The notes under the pieces: model-generated
The model's database searches: none
What the model was told of the DNA's origin: nothing
What the model saw: only the letters and a program-made list of their open reading frames with translations
Shown: positions 20,458 to 31,431 of the stretch, piece by piece
How the letters are laid out: each line of letters begins with the position of its first letter
Position numbering within the stretch: position 1 is the stretch's first letter
Position numbers and translations under genes: made by a program
NCBI GenBank assembly: GCA_038060895.1
Contig: JBBTCT010000022.1
Coordinates: forward strand, 160,001 to 224,000
Reading direction: 5' to 3'
Length of the DNA: 64,000 nt
From: Planctomycetota bacterium
GTDB taxonomy: Bacteria > Planctomycetota > MHYJ01 > WSZJ01

Positions 20458-20546
20458 GTGCCTCGTTCCTCGTGCCTGGTGTCTGGAATTGAGCGCGCAC
20501 GCCTGGGAACGAAGCACTAGGCACAAGGCACCAGGCACGAGGCACT
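20458..20546. repeat. Heptamer palindromic intergenic repeat
   Basis: gtgcctcgttcctcgtgcctggtg...ggcacaaggcaccaggcacgaggcac. Confidence 0.6.
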
Positions 20547-20795
20547 TCCCTAACGCACCGCGTCAATTCCACCCCGTTCCCGCGCGGTAACAACCCCGTG
20601 CGGGCGAAGTGTTACCGCCGCGTCCCGTGTTTTCCTCTCGAAACATCCTCCCACCCGTTTCTCCCGCGTAACGATTCGCGCTTCCCGTCGCGCCGTGCGG
20701 ACTTGCGTCGCGCGCGCGGCCGGCCGTGCCGCGGCATCCGCTTTGCGTCTGTGTCGCCGGCTGTCGCGAAAGTGTGTACCCGGAGGGAAACGCCC

Positions 20796-21869
20796 ATGTG
20801 GCGCCAGCTCGGCTTCATCGCCGCGGCCTCGATGTTTTTATTTCAAGGCCTCGCCGAAGCGCAGGAACCTGACGTCCTTACGCTGAAGGCCATCTTCAAG
20901 GCCGACCGCTCCACCGGGAAAGAACTCTCCTTCATCTATATTTCCGGGGACACCCTCTACCCCGACGGCACCAAACTCTTCGTCGGCGTCCAGCCCCCCG
21001 ACGGCTTCAAGTACCTCATGACCGTCTCCTGCTACGTGGACAAGGGCCACTTCCTCGCCGAAATCGGCCCCTGGGAACAGCACTTCCCGCCCGGCAAATA
21101 CCGCGTCGTCGCCGAGTTCCGCTTCGAAGACCAGACCCCCGCCATGCAGTCGAAATTCGGCGACTTCCGCGACACGAAGCAGTGCATCATCGACGACCCC
21201 AAGTTCGCCGCCGAGTACGAACTCCAGAACCCCGCCCGCTACAAGCTCTTCAAGGACTACGTCGCCCGCACCGGCCGCTGCCCGGGCAAAACCGGCTCCG
21301 GCGATACCCACCTCGTGATCGGGTCCGAAGAGGACGCCGACCGCGCCCGCGTGACAGAGAAGGAAACGCTGCGAGGCTACGCCGGCGCGGCCGGGCATCT
21401 CGCCGCAACCCTCGCCGCCCTCCCAGAGGCCGACTTCGCTTCAGCTCTCGCAACCTGGCGCGCCGAGTGGTCCGACTTCGACACCACGATCCGCCGCCAA
21501 CGTTCCGCCGTCGTCTGCTGCAGCTACGCCGAAGCGGCCGCTTCCGTCGAATCCGCGTTCATCAACCTCGACTGGCTAGCGGGGGACGTCGAAGCGCTGT
21601 TCGTTAGGGGCACCAGGCTCCGCAAGGACGTCGAATCGCTGTCGTCGAAAGGCGCTTCGATCGACAAGGACGAACGCCGCCGCCTCGCCAGCCTGAAGAC
21701 CCAGCTCTCCGCCCTCGAAGCGGCCCGCGCTTCCCATGCCCGGACCGTCGCCGAAGCGATCGCCGACGCGCTCTACGGCCCCAAAGGCCTCGAGCCCGCG
21801 CCGGCCCGCGCCCGCAAGCACGTCCAGGAACTGCTGGAGCCGTTCGGAGTCGAACCGCAGACAAAGTAG
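20796..21869 (+). CDS. Exported hypothetical protein
   Basis: RBS ggaggg, signal peptide ending AEA, strong host codon bias. Confidence 0.65.
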   Translation: MWRQLGFIAAASMFLFQGLAEAQEPDVLTLKAIFKADRSTGKELSFIYISGDTLYPDGTKLFVGVQPPDGFKYLMTVSCYVDKGHFLAEIGPWEQHFPPGKYRVVAEFRFEDQTPAMQSKFGDFRDTKQCIIDDPKFAAEYELQNPARYKLFKDYVARTGRCPGKTGSGDTHLVIGSEEDADRARVTEKETLRGYAGAAGHLAATLAALPEADFASALATWRAEWSDFDTTIRRQRSAVVCCSYAEAAASVESAFINLDWLAGDVEALFVRGTRLRKDVESLSSKGASIDKDERRRLASLKTQLSALEAARASHARTVAEAIADALYGPKGLEPAPARARKHVQELLEPFGVEPQTK

Positions 21870-22028
21870 ATAAGAGCCCGCCACCGACAGTTCCCGACCT
21901 CGCGGACGCCGCCACGTGGTGGCGCAGGAAGCACGGTACTCGCGACAGCGCCGTGGTTCCCGGGAGTGTAAGGTGGCGGGCTTTTCTTCGCCACGCCACG
22001 TGCAGCGAAGAAGACGGCCACTTCAAAG

Positions 22029-22102
22029 TGCCCTCGGCTGGATTCGAACCAGCACGAACATGGCTCTCGACCATGCGCCTCTGCCCATTGGGCTACGAGG
22101 GC
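22029..22102 (-). tRNA. trnL: tRNA-Leu(GAG), short variable loop, C33
   Basis: GCCCTCG...CATGG-TCGAGAG-CCATG...GCTGG-TTCGAAT-CCAGC-CGAGGGC-A. Confidence 0.88.
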
Positions 22103-22398
22103 AAATCTGTCCGACGGATCTTCCTTTCATGCCCCGGGCTGTACGCAAATACGAACTATCCGGGGTACCGGCTCGGGCTGTACTTCCGGATCCAGGACCG
22201 GCGTGTAAAGCCAAGCCTGGCTTGGGATTCCGACGGAAAGGAGCTTTCCAAGCTCGATCTTCGGTCGCCGACCACTATCGGGAGGAAGTCTAGGAAGATG
22301 ATCGCCCAAGAGGCCCTCGAGGTTCATCGCTCGCCGAAGTGATTCCGGTACCTCGGCCGAGGATTGCCATCGAGCTCTCGATGAGACGTCACGGGTCG

Positions 22399-24651
22399 CT
22401 AGGAATCGGAAGCCGGGTCTTGGGGCAATTCGGAGGGGTGCTCATCTGCCTGCGGTACTTGGGCAGGAGGCTTTTGCTGTTTCAGCTTCTCGTGACAGAA
22501 AATGAACTGCTCTGCGACCAGAACATCCGGCGAGTCCGACGCATCCGGGAACTCCTTACGGTTCTTGAAATCTCCCGCGCAGTGCGAAACGACCAAACTC
22601 GCGAGCTTGTCGGAGTCCACGAACCACTCAATCTCTTCCATGGTGCGGGCACCGACCTCGCCGACGTGTGCGATTCGAGACTTTGCGTACCAAGCCCGAG
22701 GAGCGACCGCACGCAGGAATCTGATGATCTGTTTCGCATCCTTCGCGAAAAGCTCCAACAGGTACGCCTCAACCGGCGTCTTTCCTTCGTGTCGTCGCCA
22801 GTCACCCAGGGGATTCCGAGCGCCGTGCTCCGCATCGTCGAGAAAGTCGTGGCCGGTTGCCGCCGCCTTCTTGACTCGCTCCACGAATGCTTTTCGAACA
22901 CGCTCGAATGCTGGTTGGTCGAGATCGTCCTTCTCTGCGCGTTCTTCGCGGCCGGAGTACATCGCCCGGATGCACTCCGAAGAAAAGTGGATTGGTTCCG
23001 CGGTCATGACTACTGTCGTGGCGACTCGTTCGCGCTCGTTCATCTCAGGAATTTGCCGAAGTAGATCTGAGACGAGGAACGCAGCTTGGGCTCGCGGCTC
23101 CAGGAATGGAACCGAGGATCGAGGCGCAGGAATTTGTGCGCAGCGCGGAGCCAAAGCGATTGCCAATCGCTCAGCGGCTCGCGGTGGTGCCGTCGCGGCC
23201 GCGAATCGAAGCTTTTCGATTCCCCGAGATGCCTTGAGCGGACTCAAGACGTTCTCGATGGCTTTGACCAAGTCGTCCTCAGTTCCGGTGGCGGCCAACG
23301 AGAATAACTGTCTTATTTCGCGATCCGCGACGTCGCGCAATCCGATCGCATGCGTGAAGTAGCGCTCGCTGTACTCAGGGCTGCAAACCCTTCGATCACT
23401 CCGCCAGCGTTCGAGCCACTCCGCTGGATACTCCGAATGACCGAACACGGCCTCGCTGCGCGGGAACAGTTCGATCAGCAGATTTCGTGCGGCTCGAGAA
23501 ACTACTTCCGGCATCGCTTCCAGAGTTGGATTCAGAAGCTTTGCGATCTCACGTTGTTCCTTCGGCGGTTTGCGATGCTCAGACTCGACGCCGGAAAACT
23601 CGTCAAGGTGGGAGCGCACGATTTCGAATACGTCAGGATGAAAGACTCGGAGGGCTTCCACCAAGAGCAAGTCGGCGAGGTTTACCTCCTCCTTGAGCAT
23701 CGGTAGCGCGAAAGCAACGGCGTTACAGAATCTCTTCGCTCGCCGGGGTGTCGAAAGTTCTACCTCCGCGCCTTCGTGAAAAGCGGACACGAATCGATCG
23801 ACCTCGCTTTGACTAAGTTCAACTCCTGCTTCCTTCAAGACTTGATTGAGCAGAGTGAAGCAAAAACTCCGAAGATCCTCGCTCGCGGCCGCAGGTAGGT
23901 TGAGAGGAAGCTGAACGATCTTCTCCAGAAATGCCCTTCCGCTGGCCGAGTCTCCGCCATAGGTTGCACCTAGCGCATTCGCAACAATCGTGTCGTCGAA
24001 AGCGAGGACATAAACGACATTCGGAAGATCAGCGCATGCCTTGACCAAGCGAAACAGCAGGTGGATCTCGTGGTTGTCCAGGCGGTCGATGTCATCGATC
24101 AGGACGACAACTCTCTTGTCGCTGGCTGCAAGAGCTTCAACGAGTCGCTCTCTCGACTGGTCGATCGTTGGTTGGCCCAGCTCAGCCGCCAACCCCGTCA
24201 CTTCCTTTGCGACTTGAGCGACTGGTCCAGGAATCACTCCAACAACTGGAGCTCCAAACCTACCCCAGCGACCGAGCCTTTCACAGATCTGCTCGATCAC
24301 GCCCTGTAGCTTCTTCCCCAAACTGGACGCCAATGAGTGAAAGAAGCCGAACAACATTCCGGTTTCATCGGTAAATCGCCATGGGTTGAACGAAACCAGC
24401 GAGATTCCCGCATCCTTTTGGAGATCTTCGCGAATGAAATTGAGAACGCTGGTTTTCCCGTCTCCCCAGGGTCCATGGATGCCAATAATCCAATTGCTAC
24501 CGCGCGACAGAGAACGAATTGTCTTACAGATTCCATCCGCAAACGGACGTCTGTTCAGTTGATCTTCCGCTTGGCCGCTGATCGCGGTATCCGTTAGGAA
24601 TCGGCCAGGCTCGTCAGCGTTATTCACGTGTGTTCCCTGAGAAGTGAGCAT
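22399..24651 (-). CDS. KAP family P-loop NTPase
   Basis: DQLNR, IGIHGPWGDGKT (Walker A), VVVLIDDIDRL (Walker B), FLEKIVQLP, TPRRAKR; start uncertain. Confidence 0.9.
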   Translation of the reverse strand: MLTSQGTHVNNADEPGRFLTDTAISGQAEDQLNRRPFADGICKTIRSLSRGSNWIIGIHGPWGDGKTSVLNFIREDLQKDAGISLVSFNPWRFTDETGMLFGFFHSLASSLGKKLQGVIEQICERLGRWGRFGAPVVGVIPGPVAQVAKEVTGLAAELGQPTIDQSRERLVEALAASDKRVVVLIDDIDRLDNHEIHLLFRLVKACADLPNVVYVLAFDDTIVANALGATYGGDSASGRAFLEKIVQLPLNLPAAASEDLRSFCFTLLNQVLKEAGVELSQSEVDRFVSAFHEGAEVELSTPRRAKRFCNAVAFALPMLKEEVNLADLLLVEALRVFHPDVFEIVRSHLDEFSGVESEHRKPPKEQREIAKLLNPTLEAMPEVVSRAARNLLIELFPRSEAVFGHSEYPAEWLERWRSDRRVCSPEYSERYFTHAIGLRDVADREIRQLFSLAATGTEDDLVKAIENVLSPLKASRGIEKLRFAAATAPPRAAERLAIALAPRCAQIPAPRSSVPFLEPRAQAAFLVSDLLRQIPEMNERERVATTVVMTAEPIHFSSECIRAMYSGREERAEKDDLDQPAFERVRKAFVERVKKAAATGHDFLDDAEHGARNPLGDWRRHEGKTPVEAYLLELFAKDAKQIIRFLRAVAPRAWYAKSRIAHVGEVGARTMEEIEWFVDSDKLASLVVSHCAGDFKNRKEFPDASDSPDVLVAEQFIFCHEKLKQQKPPAQVPQADEHPSELPQDPASDS

Positions 24652-24974
24652 TTGTTCACGGGCGAATAATGTCAGATCGGCTGGGCCTGAACTCCGCGGT
24701 CCTGCCGTGTGGCTGGACATGCACGACATTCGGGAGAATCTAGAATTCCTGTACTAAAGTTGTCATCTGTTGTCCCTGGGAGTGAAGAGGGGCGCGCCTG
24801 GCTCGCGCCCCTCCCGAAAGTGTTCCGGCTAGAAGTGGAAGAATCTCAGTATCGAGGCAATCCACAGTGCCTCGCTGGCCTTTTCAATCAGACAGCAAAA
24901 GTGATAAAGCGCACGCCATAACCACAGCCATCTCTGCTTATCCACCTGTTCCATCTCACTTCCTTTCAAAAGCA

Positions 24975-25376
24975 CTAGAGAATTGGAGCCGCACATTGCG
25001 GATTTCCATTTGGGGCGGTCCGGCCAGGACAGAGTCTCCCCTCACCACCTTTATCGCTCGAGACGGCCTGAGGGTTCGCAGTAGTTCCGGAGTCCGGCGG
25101 CGCGACGAGTGTGAGCTTGAGAAGGGGGATTGGTGCCGCGCCGGCGGCCGCGAGGACGTTTCGTAGGTCAGCATCCCCCACGCCGATCTTTCGCGCCACG
25201 TCGACGAGCTTGTCTACGTTGTCGAGGCGTTTCGCATCAAGCTCAGCCTGGAGAAGATCGTCCTCGATCCGGCGTCGTCGACTGGGACTGACGCGTTGGA
25301 CGATGGCACTCACCGCGTCCACGATGACGCGGAGCACGCCAGCGACTCCGAAGACGTCCTTGGTTCCCGGGCCCAT
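24975..25376 (-). CDS. Hypothetical protein
   Basis: RBS ggaggg upstream of ATG; helical N-terminal half. Confidence 0.45.
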   Translation of the reverse strand: MGPGTKDVFGVAGVLRVIVDAVSAIVQRVSPSRRRRIEDDLLQAELDAKRLDNVDKLVDVARKIGVGDADLRNVLAAAGAAPIPLLKLTLVAPPDSGTTANPQAVSSDKGGEGRLCPGRTAPNGNPQCAAPIL

Positions 25377-25836
25377 CAGATTTCCCTCCGGTTGTGATCC
25401 TGCTTCCTCTTCTTTGCAGGAAAGCCGACCTTGAAAGCAACGTCTTTTTCGATCTCCTCAAGTGTGTCCGCGCCGGAGGTGCTCGGGAAAATCTACGCTA
25501 CCGTTACGCTACCCTTCGCCCGTTCGAACCCCTGGAAAGCAAAGGGCGAACGAACGCGCGAGAGGCATGAGGTACGAGACCTGCTTCGCACATGAGCCGT
25601 TCTCGCACGAGGGAGAGGCTAAGTGCAAATTTGACGCAGGAGCATTCCGCTCGATAATTTCACAACTACATACGGCACAGTGCTTTACAGAGAATCAGAA
25701 AATTCGGATTCACGTGTCGTCTCTTGGTGTGATCGACTCCGTTGCTGCTCTCGTACGCCGCGCGCAGCAGGGTCTTAGACTTAGCCACGATCGAGCCCGA
25801 ACCGATCCACAACCAGGATCGATTAGACTCCGCACC

Positions 25837-27234
25837 GTGCTGCTCACCATCACCACTTCCAGTTCCCCCGCCACCGATCTGGGATTCCTTCTCCACAAGA
25901 ATCCAGCCCGCGCGCAATCCTTCGACCTCTCCTTCGGCAAAGCCCACGTTTTCTACCCCGAAGCGACGGAGCAGCGCTGCACGGCGGCGCTCTTGCTCGA
26001 GATCGACCCGATCGGCCTCGTGCGGGGAAAGCCGGGCAGTAGCGAAGGACAGTCACTCGACCAGTACGTGAATGACCGGCCCTACGTCGCTTCCTCGTTC
26101 CTGAGCGTGGCGATCTCGCAGATCTTCGGCTCGGCGCTTGCCGGGCGCAGCAAAGAGCGGCCCGAACTGGCGACGAAGCCGATGCAGCTCAAGGCAACGC
26201 TCTCGGTCATCCCATGCCGCGGTGGGGAGCCCTTTCTGCGGTCGCTCTTCGAGCCGCTCGGATATCGGGTCAGCGTCGAGTCGCACCCACTCGACGCGAC
26301 CTATCCCGACTGGGGCGACAGCGCGTACTTCACGCTCCACCTCCAGGGAACGTGCATGCTTCACGAGCTCCTGAGCCACCTTTACGTGCTGGTCCCGGTG
26401 ATGGACAACTCAAAGCACTACTGGGTCGGCGAGGACGAGGTCGAAAAACTGCTTCGTCACGGCGAGGGCTGGCTGGCCGGGCATCCGGAGAAGGACGCGA
26501 TCGCCCGCCGCTACCTCAAGCACCGACGGGACCTGTACCGCGACGCGTTGTCCCGGCTGGTCGAGGACGATCTCGATGAGCTGGAGTCAATGCGTGAGGG
26601 CCAGGCAAAGCAGGAAGCGGGGCTGGAAGAGAAGATCCGGCTTCACGACCTGCGGATGGGTGCGGTCGTCGCCGTCCTGCGCGAAATCGGCGCGAAGAGC
26701 GTCATGGACCTCGGCTGCGGCGAGGGCCGGCTGCTCCGCGACCTGTTGGCCGACAAGTCCTTCGAGCGCGTGCTCGGGATGGACGTGTCGCATCGCGCGC
26801 TCGAATTCGCGAGCGACAAGCTCAAGCTGGAGCGGATGCCGGAAATCCAGAAGTCGCGCCTGCAGCTCATCCAGGGATCGCTGACGTATCGCGACAAGCG
26901 TCTCGAGGGCTTTGACGCAGCGGCGCTGATCGAGGTGGTCGAACATCTCGACCCGGGTCGCCTTGACGCGTTCGAGCGCGTTCTGTTCGAGCACGCGAAG
27001 CCCAAGTTCGTGGTCCTCACGACTCCGAACTCAGACTACAACGTGAAGTTCGAGACGCTCCCGGCGGGCCAATTTCGACATAAGGACCACCGGTTCGAAT
27101 GGTCGCGTGCCGAATTTCGGGCGTGGGCGGAACGCGTCGCCGGCCGTGCCGGCTATCGAGTCCGGTATCTCCCCGTGGGCCCCGAGGACGCCGATGTCGG
27201 CGCACCCACCCAGATGGCGGTGTTCTCGCGGTGA
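25837..27234 (+). CDS. hen1: 3'-terminal RNA ribose 2'-O-methyltransferase Hen1
   Basis: LLTITT...PATDLGFLLHKNP, QYVNDRPYVASS, DNSKHYWV, DLGCGEG, IEVVEHLD, FRHKDHRFEW. Confidence 0.95.
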   Translation: MLLTITTSSSPATDLGFLLHKNPARAQSFDLSFGKAHVFYPEATEQRCTAALLLEIDPIGLVRGKPGSSEGQSLDQYVNDRPYVASSFLSVAISQIFGSALAGRSKERPELATKPMQLKATLSVIPCRGGEPFLRSLFEPLGYRVSVESHPLDATYPDWGDSAYFTLHLQGTCMLHELLSHLYVLVPVMDNSKHYWVGEDEVEKLLRHGEGWLAGHPEKDAIARRYLKHRRDLYRDALSRLVEDDLDELESMREGQAKQEAGLEEKIRLHDLRMGAVVAVLREIGAKSVMDLGCGEGRLLRDLLADKSFERVLGMDVSHRALEFASDKLKLERMPEIQKSRLQLIQGSLTYRDKRLEGFDAAALIEVVEHLDPGRLDAFERVLFEHAKPKFVVLTTPNSDYNVKFETLPAGQFRHKDHRFEWSRAEFRAWAERVAGRAGYRVRYLPVGPEDADVGAPTQMAVFSR

Positions 27235-29792
27235 AACTGAAAATCCCGGAGCTCTCGCTCGTCGTCCTCATCGGCCCCTCGGGCAGCGGAAAGTCCACGT
27301 TTGGGCGGAAGCACTTTCTCCCGACGGAGATCATTTCCTCGGACTTCTGCCGCGGCTTGGTGTCGGACGATGAGAACAATCAGGCCGCGACGAACGCGGC
27401 CTTTGAGGTGCTGCACTTCGTCGCGGGAAAGCGCTTGGCCGCAGGCAAGCTCACGGTCATCGACGCGACGAACGTCCAGGCCGAGGCCCGCAAGCCCCTC
27501 GTCGCGCTGGCCCGGGATTACCACTGCCTGCCGGTCGCAATCGTCCTGAACCTGCCTGAACGCATGTGTCAGGACCGCAACCGCGGCCGAAGCGAGCGCA
27601 CCTTCGGCCCCCACGTCATCCGGCAGCAGTCCCAGCAACTTCGCAACTCGCTCCGCAGTCTTCAGACGGAAGGCTTCAGGCACGTCCACGTACTCGCAAG
27701 CCCCGAGGAGATCGACGCGGCCACCATCGAGCGTGAGCCGCTCTGGAACAACCGCAAGAGTGAGCACGGCCCGTTCGACATCATCGGCGACGTTCACGGC
27801 TGCTTCGACGAAACGAAGGCGCTGCTGGAGCGTCTCGGGTATGTCGTCGAGGTCACGACCGCTGGCGAGCGCGCGATTACCGCGAGGCCCCCCGGGAATC
27901 GCAAAGCCGTCTTCGTCGGCGATCTCGTCGACCGCGGACCGAACACGCCCGACGTGCTGCGCCTGGTCATGGGCATGGTGGAAGCCGGGACTGCGCTGTG
28001 TGTCCCGGGAAACCACGACGTTAAACTTCTGCGGAAACTGCGCGGCAAGGACGTGCAGATCACGCATGGACTCGCCGAGTCCCTCGCCCAACTCGAGCAT
28101 GAAACGGCGGCGTTTCGCGAGAAGACGACCGCCTTCATCGATGACCTGGTGTCCCACTACGTGCTCGACGACAACAAACTGGTCGTAGCGCATGCCGGGA
28201 TGAAGGAGACCATGCAGGGCCGAGGCTCCGGCAAGGTGCGGGAGTTCGCGCTGTACGGCGAGACGACAGGGGAGACCGACGAGTTCGGCCTGCCCGTCCG
28301 TTACAACTGGGCCGCGGAGTATCGCGGGCCGTCGATAGTCGTCTACGGGCACACGCCGGTGCCGGCGCCTGAGTGGCTCAACAACACGATCAACATCGAC
28401 ACTGGCTGCGTCTTCGGCGGAAAGCTTACCGCGCTTCGCTACCCGGAGAAGGAGCTCGTTTCCATCCCCGCCGGCGCCATGTACGCGAAGCCGGCGAAGC
28501 CCTTTCAACCGGCGGAATCCCAGGCTCCTTCGCTCTCCGCGCAGCAGGCCCACGATGACTTGCTCGACCTCGCGGACGTGATCGGGAAGCGGATCGTCAC
28601 GACCCGCCTCCACCACAACGTCACGATTCGCGAAGAGAACGCGATCGCCGCACTCGAGGTCATGAGCCGCTTTGCCGCGAACCCGAAGTGGTTGATCTAC
28701 CTCCCGCCCACCATGTCGCCGCCGGAGACGTCGCAGGAAGGAAGTCTCCTGGAGCATCCGGCGCAGGCCTTCGCGTACTTCCGTCACGAAGGAATCCCAC
28801 GGGTCGTGTGCGAAGAAAAGCACATGGGATCACGGGTCGTCGTAGTGATTTGCCGCAACGAGGACGCAGCGCGTCGCCGGTTCGGCATCGTTGGTGAAAG
28901 CGGCATCTGCGTGACCCGCACCGGGCGCCGCTTCTTCGACGATGTCGCGTTTGAGAAAGAGCTTCTGGCGCATCTGCGGGAAGCGCTGGACCGCTCAGAG
29001 TTCTGGAAGGACTTCGACACGGACTGGGTCTGCCTCGATTGCGAACTGATGCCGTGGTCGGCGAAGGCCCAGGAATTGGTGAAGCGCCAGTACGCGGCCG
29101 TCGGGGCGGCGTCAGGGGCGGCGCTGAAGGACTCAGTCGAGACCTTGAAAACCGCAGCAGCGCGGGGCGTGGACGTCGCTTCGCTGCTTGAACGCTCGAT
29201 CGAACGCGCCTCCCTCGCCGAGAAGTACGTCACCGCCTATCGCGGGTACTGCTGGCCGGTCAAGTCACTGGCAGACATCAAGCTTGCACCGTTCCACGTG
29301 CTGGCCACCGAGGGGAAAACGTACTTCGACAAGAATCACCTCTGGCACATGAGCGCCATCTCCCGGTTCTGCAAGGGAAGCCCGATCCTCGTTGAGACTC
29401 GTTTCATCGAGGTCAGTGTCACGGATGAGGCCAGCGAACAGGCGGGAATCCGCTGGTGGGAGGAGCTGACTTCGCGCGGCGGAGAGGGAATGGTCGTGAA
29501 GCCCCTTGACTTCGTGGCGCAGGGGAGGAAGGGAGTCGCCCAGCCGGCCGTAAAGTGCCGCGGTCCCGAGTACCTGCGCATCATCTACGGCCCGGACTAC
29601 TCGATCCCCGCGAACCTGAGTCGGCTCCGCTCCCGCGGCCTCGGCGCAAAGCGCTCTCTAGCGATGAGGGAGTTCGCCCTCGGAGTCGAGGGCCTTGAGC
29701 GATTCGTCCGCAACGAGCCGCTTCGGTGAGTGCACGAGTGCGTATTCGGTGTGCTCGCGCTGGAAAGCGAGCCGGTCGACCCGCGGCTGTAG
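27231..29792 (+). CDS. pnkp: Polynucleotide kinase-phosphatase-ligase Pnkp, interrupted by an in-frame TGA at 29727-29729
   Basis: GPSGSGKST kinase; IIGDVHG/GDLVDRG/GNHD phosphatase; EEKHMGSR, EGMVVKP and KCRG ligase motifs; conserved tail VHECVFGVLALESEPVDPRL continues in frame after the TGA. Confidence 0.93.
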
Positions 29793-30422
29793 TGCTTCGC
29801 AGAAACGGGAAGTTCACATCGTGCCGAAAAACATCGGACGGTATGTCCGAGCTAAAACATCGGGGCCGAGATCTATCCATTCTGTTAGTCCCCGGGAATC
29901 TCAACGGCAATCGCCCGTTGCTCGTCGTCATCTTCTTTCCGCAGCAGCCCCCATGCCATTCGCGCGATCCGAAAGAACTCTGGCAAGGGCTGAGTGCCGG
30001 CCCAAGAGGCCAGCGGCACACGCCTGACACCGCCACCTGACTTCCGGACCTGAGCGTCGATGTGGGCACTCGCCAGAGGCCGCTCCGCAAGCGGAACGAG
30101 CCGAAGTCGGTCACGAAATCTCCGAATCACGGTGTCGAGGCTCGTGGAATGCAGACTGCGATACGAGTCCGTCCCGCTCGGCCACTTGAGAACGAAGAAC
30201 AGGTACCCCGTAGCTTTGTTGGGGACCCTTCGGTTTCGAGAAACGACCCGATAAACGCGCATGAACCGGAAGTCTACGAAATCGATGAATGTCTCCGTGC
30301 GGAAAGCGTTGACGCATGTGAAGCCCCGAACAGCCCGCCGCGTCACCGCGCTTGATTCGGGGCGACCCTCGGGACTAGCCTCCTGCTTTGGGACGCGTTC
30401 GCATCAGAAGGGTTACGATTTC

Positions 30423-30650
30423 ATGAGCGAAGGTGACGAGTACCTGCGGATGTACCCGCGCCTCGAAAAGTGGGTCCATCGGTGTGTAGGGTGCCAGCAT
30501 CGCGGGTACAAGCCCGAGCTGCCCGCCCACATTCCCCCGGGGGGCGCCGCGAAGAACATCCGTTCGCTCTTTGACGAACTCAGCCTCAACGGCGACGGAC
30601 TTTGCCAACAGTGCGCGAGAAACGTCGGGCGTGGGAACGCGGGTGCCTAA
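30423..30650 (+). CDS. Small putative Zn-binding protein
   Basis: 75 aa with CVGC...CQQC. Confidence 0.55.
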   Translation: MSEGDEYLRMYPRLEKWVHRCVGCQHRGYKPELPAHIPPGGAAKNIRSLFDELSLNGDGLCQQCARNVGRGNAGA

Positions 30651-30699
30651 ACTGGTGACCTAGGCCAGCTGGAGTCCAAAGAGTGCTTGATCCAAGAAG

Positions 30700-30843
30700 A
30701 TGTCACTCCGAAATCGCTCGGCTGAAGAAGCTGATGCGATCAGGGGACGATGAGCAGATCCGAATCAGCAACATCGCCGCGACCTACCGGATGGCTGGGA
30801 ACCGCAGGCGCGCGTTCGAGTGGTGGAAGCGCGCCGCCAGATG
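30700..30843 (+). pseudogene. Sel1/TPR-like gene remnant
   Basis: Reads EIARLKKLMRSGDDEQIRISNIAATYRMAGNRRRAFEWWKRAAR*; short and apparently frameshifted at the 5' end. Confidence 0.4.
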
Positions 30844-31018
30844 AACACGGATGCGCGATGACTGGCCCGCTTCCTCAAAGGCAATTGCCACGGGGTCCGG
30901 CAGATCTTCACCTACTTTAACGAGCGGAGGCCTTGGTTCACCCGATCAGGACCTGAACCAGTTGATGCGACTCCTGTGACAGTGGCAGAATACGACTTCG
31001 CATCTCTGGGGAGGGTCG

Positions 31019-31429
31019 ATGTCAATCACACTGCTGATTCGGGACGAGTCCGCGACGGGCGAAAGCTACCAGGAACTCCCCATCGAGTTCGAGACGGAGC
31101 GCATCACCGTGCGGGACCTGATCCGGGAGCGGGTGAGGCAGGAGGTGTCCTCGTTCAATCAGAAGCAGGGAGACCTGCACTTTCGCGGCCTGGTGCAACC
31201 GACCGACACCGAGCGGGTGCTGAACGGGCGGCGAACCGAGTATCGGCTGAAGGCTCCGCGTTCGATTGACTGGGAGGAGCAGTTCAGTCGCGCGATCGAG
31301 GCTTTCGGCCGGAGCGGGTTCTTTCTGCTCGTGGGCGAAAAGCAGGTCGAGAGCCTTGATCAAGAGCTCCTGATCGAGCCAGACACCCGGGTCAGCTTCG
31401 TGAAGCTCGTCCCGCTCGTGGGAGGCTAG
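31019..31429 (+). CDS. Ubiquitin-like (beta-grasp) protein with C-terminal GG
   Basis: RBS ggaggg; ITVRDLIRERV, FFLLVGEKQV, DTRVSFVKLVPLVGG* resembles the MoaD/ThiS/Ubl C-terminus. Confidence 0.7.
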   Translation: MSITLLIRDESATGESYQELPIEFETERITVRDLIRERVRQEVSSFNQKQGDLHFRGLVQPTDTERVLNGRRTEYRLKAPRSIDWEEQFSRAIEAFGRSGFFLLVGEKQVESLDQELLIEPDTRVSFVKLVPLVGG

Positions 31430-31431
31430 GC

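Noticed and set aside
25462-25836. N-terminal extension of Hen1 in the ORF track
   Set aside because: Family resemblance starts at GTG 25837; the upstream part is AT-richer and looks non-coding
29727-29729. Selenocysteine codon in pnkp
   Set aside because: The position corresponds to Arg rather than Cys, and no convincing bacterial SECIS follows
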